In this document: positions 61,796 through 64,000 of the stretch, one piece after another
Layout of the letters: each line of letters begins with the position of its first letter
Numbering within the stretch: position 1 is the stretch's first letter
Source of the DNA: Lama glama
Taxonomy: Eukaryota
Length of the DNA stretch: 64,000 nucleotides
Direction: 5' to 3'
NCBI GenBank assembly: GCA_028534125.1
Contig: CM052817.1
Span: 7,070,001 to 7,134,000 of the forward strand
Program-made: the position numbers and the translations under genes
The notes under the pieces: generated by a model
Database searches by the model: none
Told to the model about the DNA's origin: nothing
What the model saw: the letters and a program-made list of their open reading frames with translations, nothing else

Positions 61796-64000
61796 TTATT
61801 TAATTATTGGCTTTTTCGCACTGTCTCAGACTTCCAGCTGAATAATGAATTAGACTATTGAGAACAAACATCCCTTCAGGAAAAGAGTATTGTCTTTCAC
61901 CATTAAATATAGAGCTATCAATGTTCCCTTTGGCTTCTTTTTGTGAAAGATTTTTCACTATGAATGGATGTTATGTTTTGTCAAATACCTTCATTGCATC
62001 TGTTGAGATATTCTCATTTATTTATATGCTAGCATGGTGAAGTACATTACTCGATTTTCAAATGGTGAATCTGCTCTGCTTTCTTAATATTAACCATTAA
62101 TTGATCACAATGCATTATTTTTAGTATATTTCTGTATTTGATTTGTTAATATTCTGCCCATTGCTTTTATACCTGTGTTCATAAAGAATACTGATATGTA
62201 GTGTTCTTATGATTTTTGACTCTGATTTAGATCTTTCTGGATGTATAAATTAAATTCAGAGTGGGAACACATGTTTTATTTTCTGGAAGAGTTTGTATTG
62301 TATTGGTGTTATTTCTTTCTCACATGTCTGGTAGGAACCACCAGTACAGCCATCTGGAACTGAGGTTTTCCTTCTGAAAATTAGAAAAATAAGAATTAAA
62401 ATGTGTTACTCGATATATGATTATTCTAGATTTCTTAGTGAATCCTTCTTGTGTCTTTATAGATACGGTCTATTTAAAAAAATGCATTTATAGCTATAAA
62501 GATGTATGAAATTATTCCTAAATGTGTATTACTTTGTTGATATTTTCAAAGAAACATCTTTGCTTTCATTGTCTTTTTTTCAGCTTTTCTGATTTCAATG
62601 TAATTGAATTCCTTTATTATTTTTATTTATCTTATTTTTTCTGTTTTTGATTTAATTTGTTCTTACATTTTAAGTTTATTTATTTATCTATTTTTAATTT
62701 TTAGGGGAAAGATAACATTACTGATTTTAAATTTTGTTTTTATTCTAATAGACATATACAATGCTATAAATTTCTCCTTAAGCATTGCCTTGACAGTATC
62801 CCACCCAATTTTCATTCAGTCAAAATATTTTCCAACTTCCCTTTCAGTTTGTCTCAACTTATGGATTTTTTAGAAGTGTATTTCATTTTCAAATATTTCT
62901 AGATTTTTAAGATATCTTTCTGCTACTGATTTCAATTTTAATTACTTTAGTATAACAAACAATACTTTGGATTTTTCTACCATTTAATTTGCTAAGTTTT
63001 ATTGTATGACTAAGAATATGTTCTATCTTGATGACTGTTCAGTGCACACTTAAAACTTGTGTATCCTGCTGTTGTTGGGTGAATTCGTCTATTAGTATCA
63101 AATAAGTCAGATCTGCTGTAAGGGCTGTTCTGCTCTTTTATGTCCTTATCAATTTTCTGTCTACATTTTCTATAGATTATTGAACAAGGAACGTTGAAGT
63201 TTCCAACTAAAATTATTGGATTTGCTTATATCTACCTCAGTTTTATCAGGTTTTACTTCATGTACTAAAACTCTCTTTTTAGGTGCATACAGATTTACAA
63301 ATTTTAAATCTTCTTGGTAAAGTGACTGTTATATTATTATGTAATTTTTCTCTCCATGCCTGATCGTCTTTTTTTGTACTGAAGTTTGCTTTCCCTGATA
63401 TTAATATTGCCATCCACGCTTTCTTTTGGTTCATTTTTAATAATATCATGTTTACCATTATTTAAAATATTCTATGTGCATCTTTATGTTCAAAGTAAAC
63501 TTATCTGTAGAAAATACATGGTTAAATCTTCCTTTTGTATGCTACCTGAAAATCTATGGCTTTCAATTGCTGTGTTTAGGCCATTTACCTTTACTGTGAT
63601 ATTGATAAGATTGGGCTTAGATTTGCCCTTTTATTACTGGTTTTCTGTTTGTCTTTTCTGAATTTTGTTTCTCCATTCTCCTTTTTCTGCTCTCCTTTTA
63701 ATTAGCTAATTTTTATCCTTTGGGGTTTTTTTGTCTATATCTTGTTGAATTTATTTTATACATTTACTTGTTTATTTTCTGTTGTTGCTGTATGGATTAA
63801 GCTTTGTGTTTATATAAAGTTATTGTTTTATCATTTCAAGAAAGAACAGAAGTTTTACAATCATATGAATATGGTTCACTCTTCCTCATTGATATTTATG
63901 TTACAGTGTCATGTGTAGAGTGTCATCTACATTGAATGCTCCACCAAACAACGTTATCATTGTTGCTTTCAGCAGTTATGCAACTTTTAAAGGATTTCAG

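Larger units (their letters stand above)
58310..64000 (-). mobile_element. Long ancient L1M element (3'UTR through ORF2 to the EN region), host to younger insertions; runs off the window
   Basis: Collinear decayed antisense L1 motifs: CATTTGGATTGTTTCCAGTTT (58620), TCTATTTCTGGACTCTCTGTTCT (59620), AATTTGGGGAGAACTGACATCTT (61330), TCTTTCACCATTAAATAT (61895), GCTATAAATTTC (62765), TGTATCCTGCTGTTGTTGGGTG (63060), TTTAGGCCATTTAC (63575). Confidence 0.85.

Overview
Repeat-rich placental-mammal DNA, probably camelid: it carries a vic-1-type tRNA-derived SINE, and I saw no Alu, B1 or Bov-tA elements. There are two 500-N assembly gaps. I recognise no host protein-coding gene, RNA gene or CRISPR array. 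The only recognisable proteins are LINE-1 ORF1p and ORF2p remnants. The window is a mosaic of MIR, L2, old L1M fragments, MaLR/ERVL/ERV1 solo LTRs, hAT DNA transposons and younger L1s, with a few repeat-free islands that look like conserved non-coding elements. Most notable: (1) a ~2.8 kb ORF1-only 'half-L1' (3291-6091, minus strand) with a complete 5'UTR and an ORF1 broken by a single stop, joined to the extreme 3' end of ORF2 exactly at a splice-acceptor-like CAG; (2) an old, locally templated inverted duplication inside an L1, with fold-back palindromes and a 10-bp direct repeat; (3) a complete MER41-type solo LTR with GAS-like motifs; (4) nested retrotransposons with clear TSDs. Repeat families are assigned by eye from remembered consensus motifs, and boundaries without a TSD are approximate. 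I found no convincing novel gene system.
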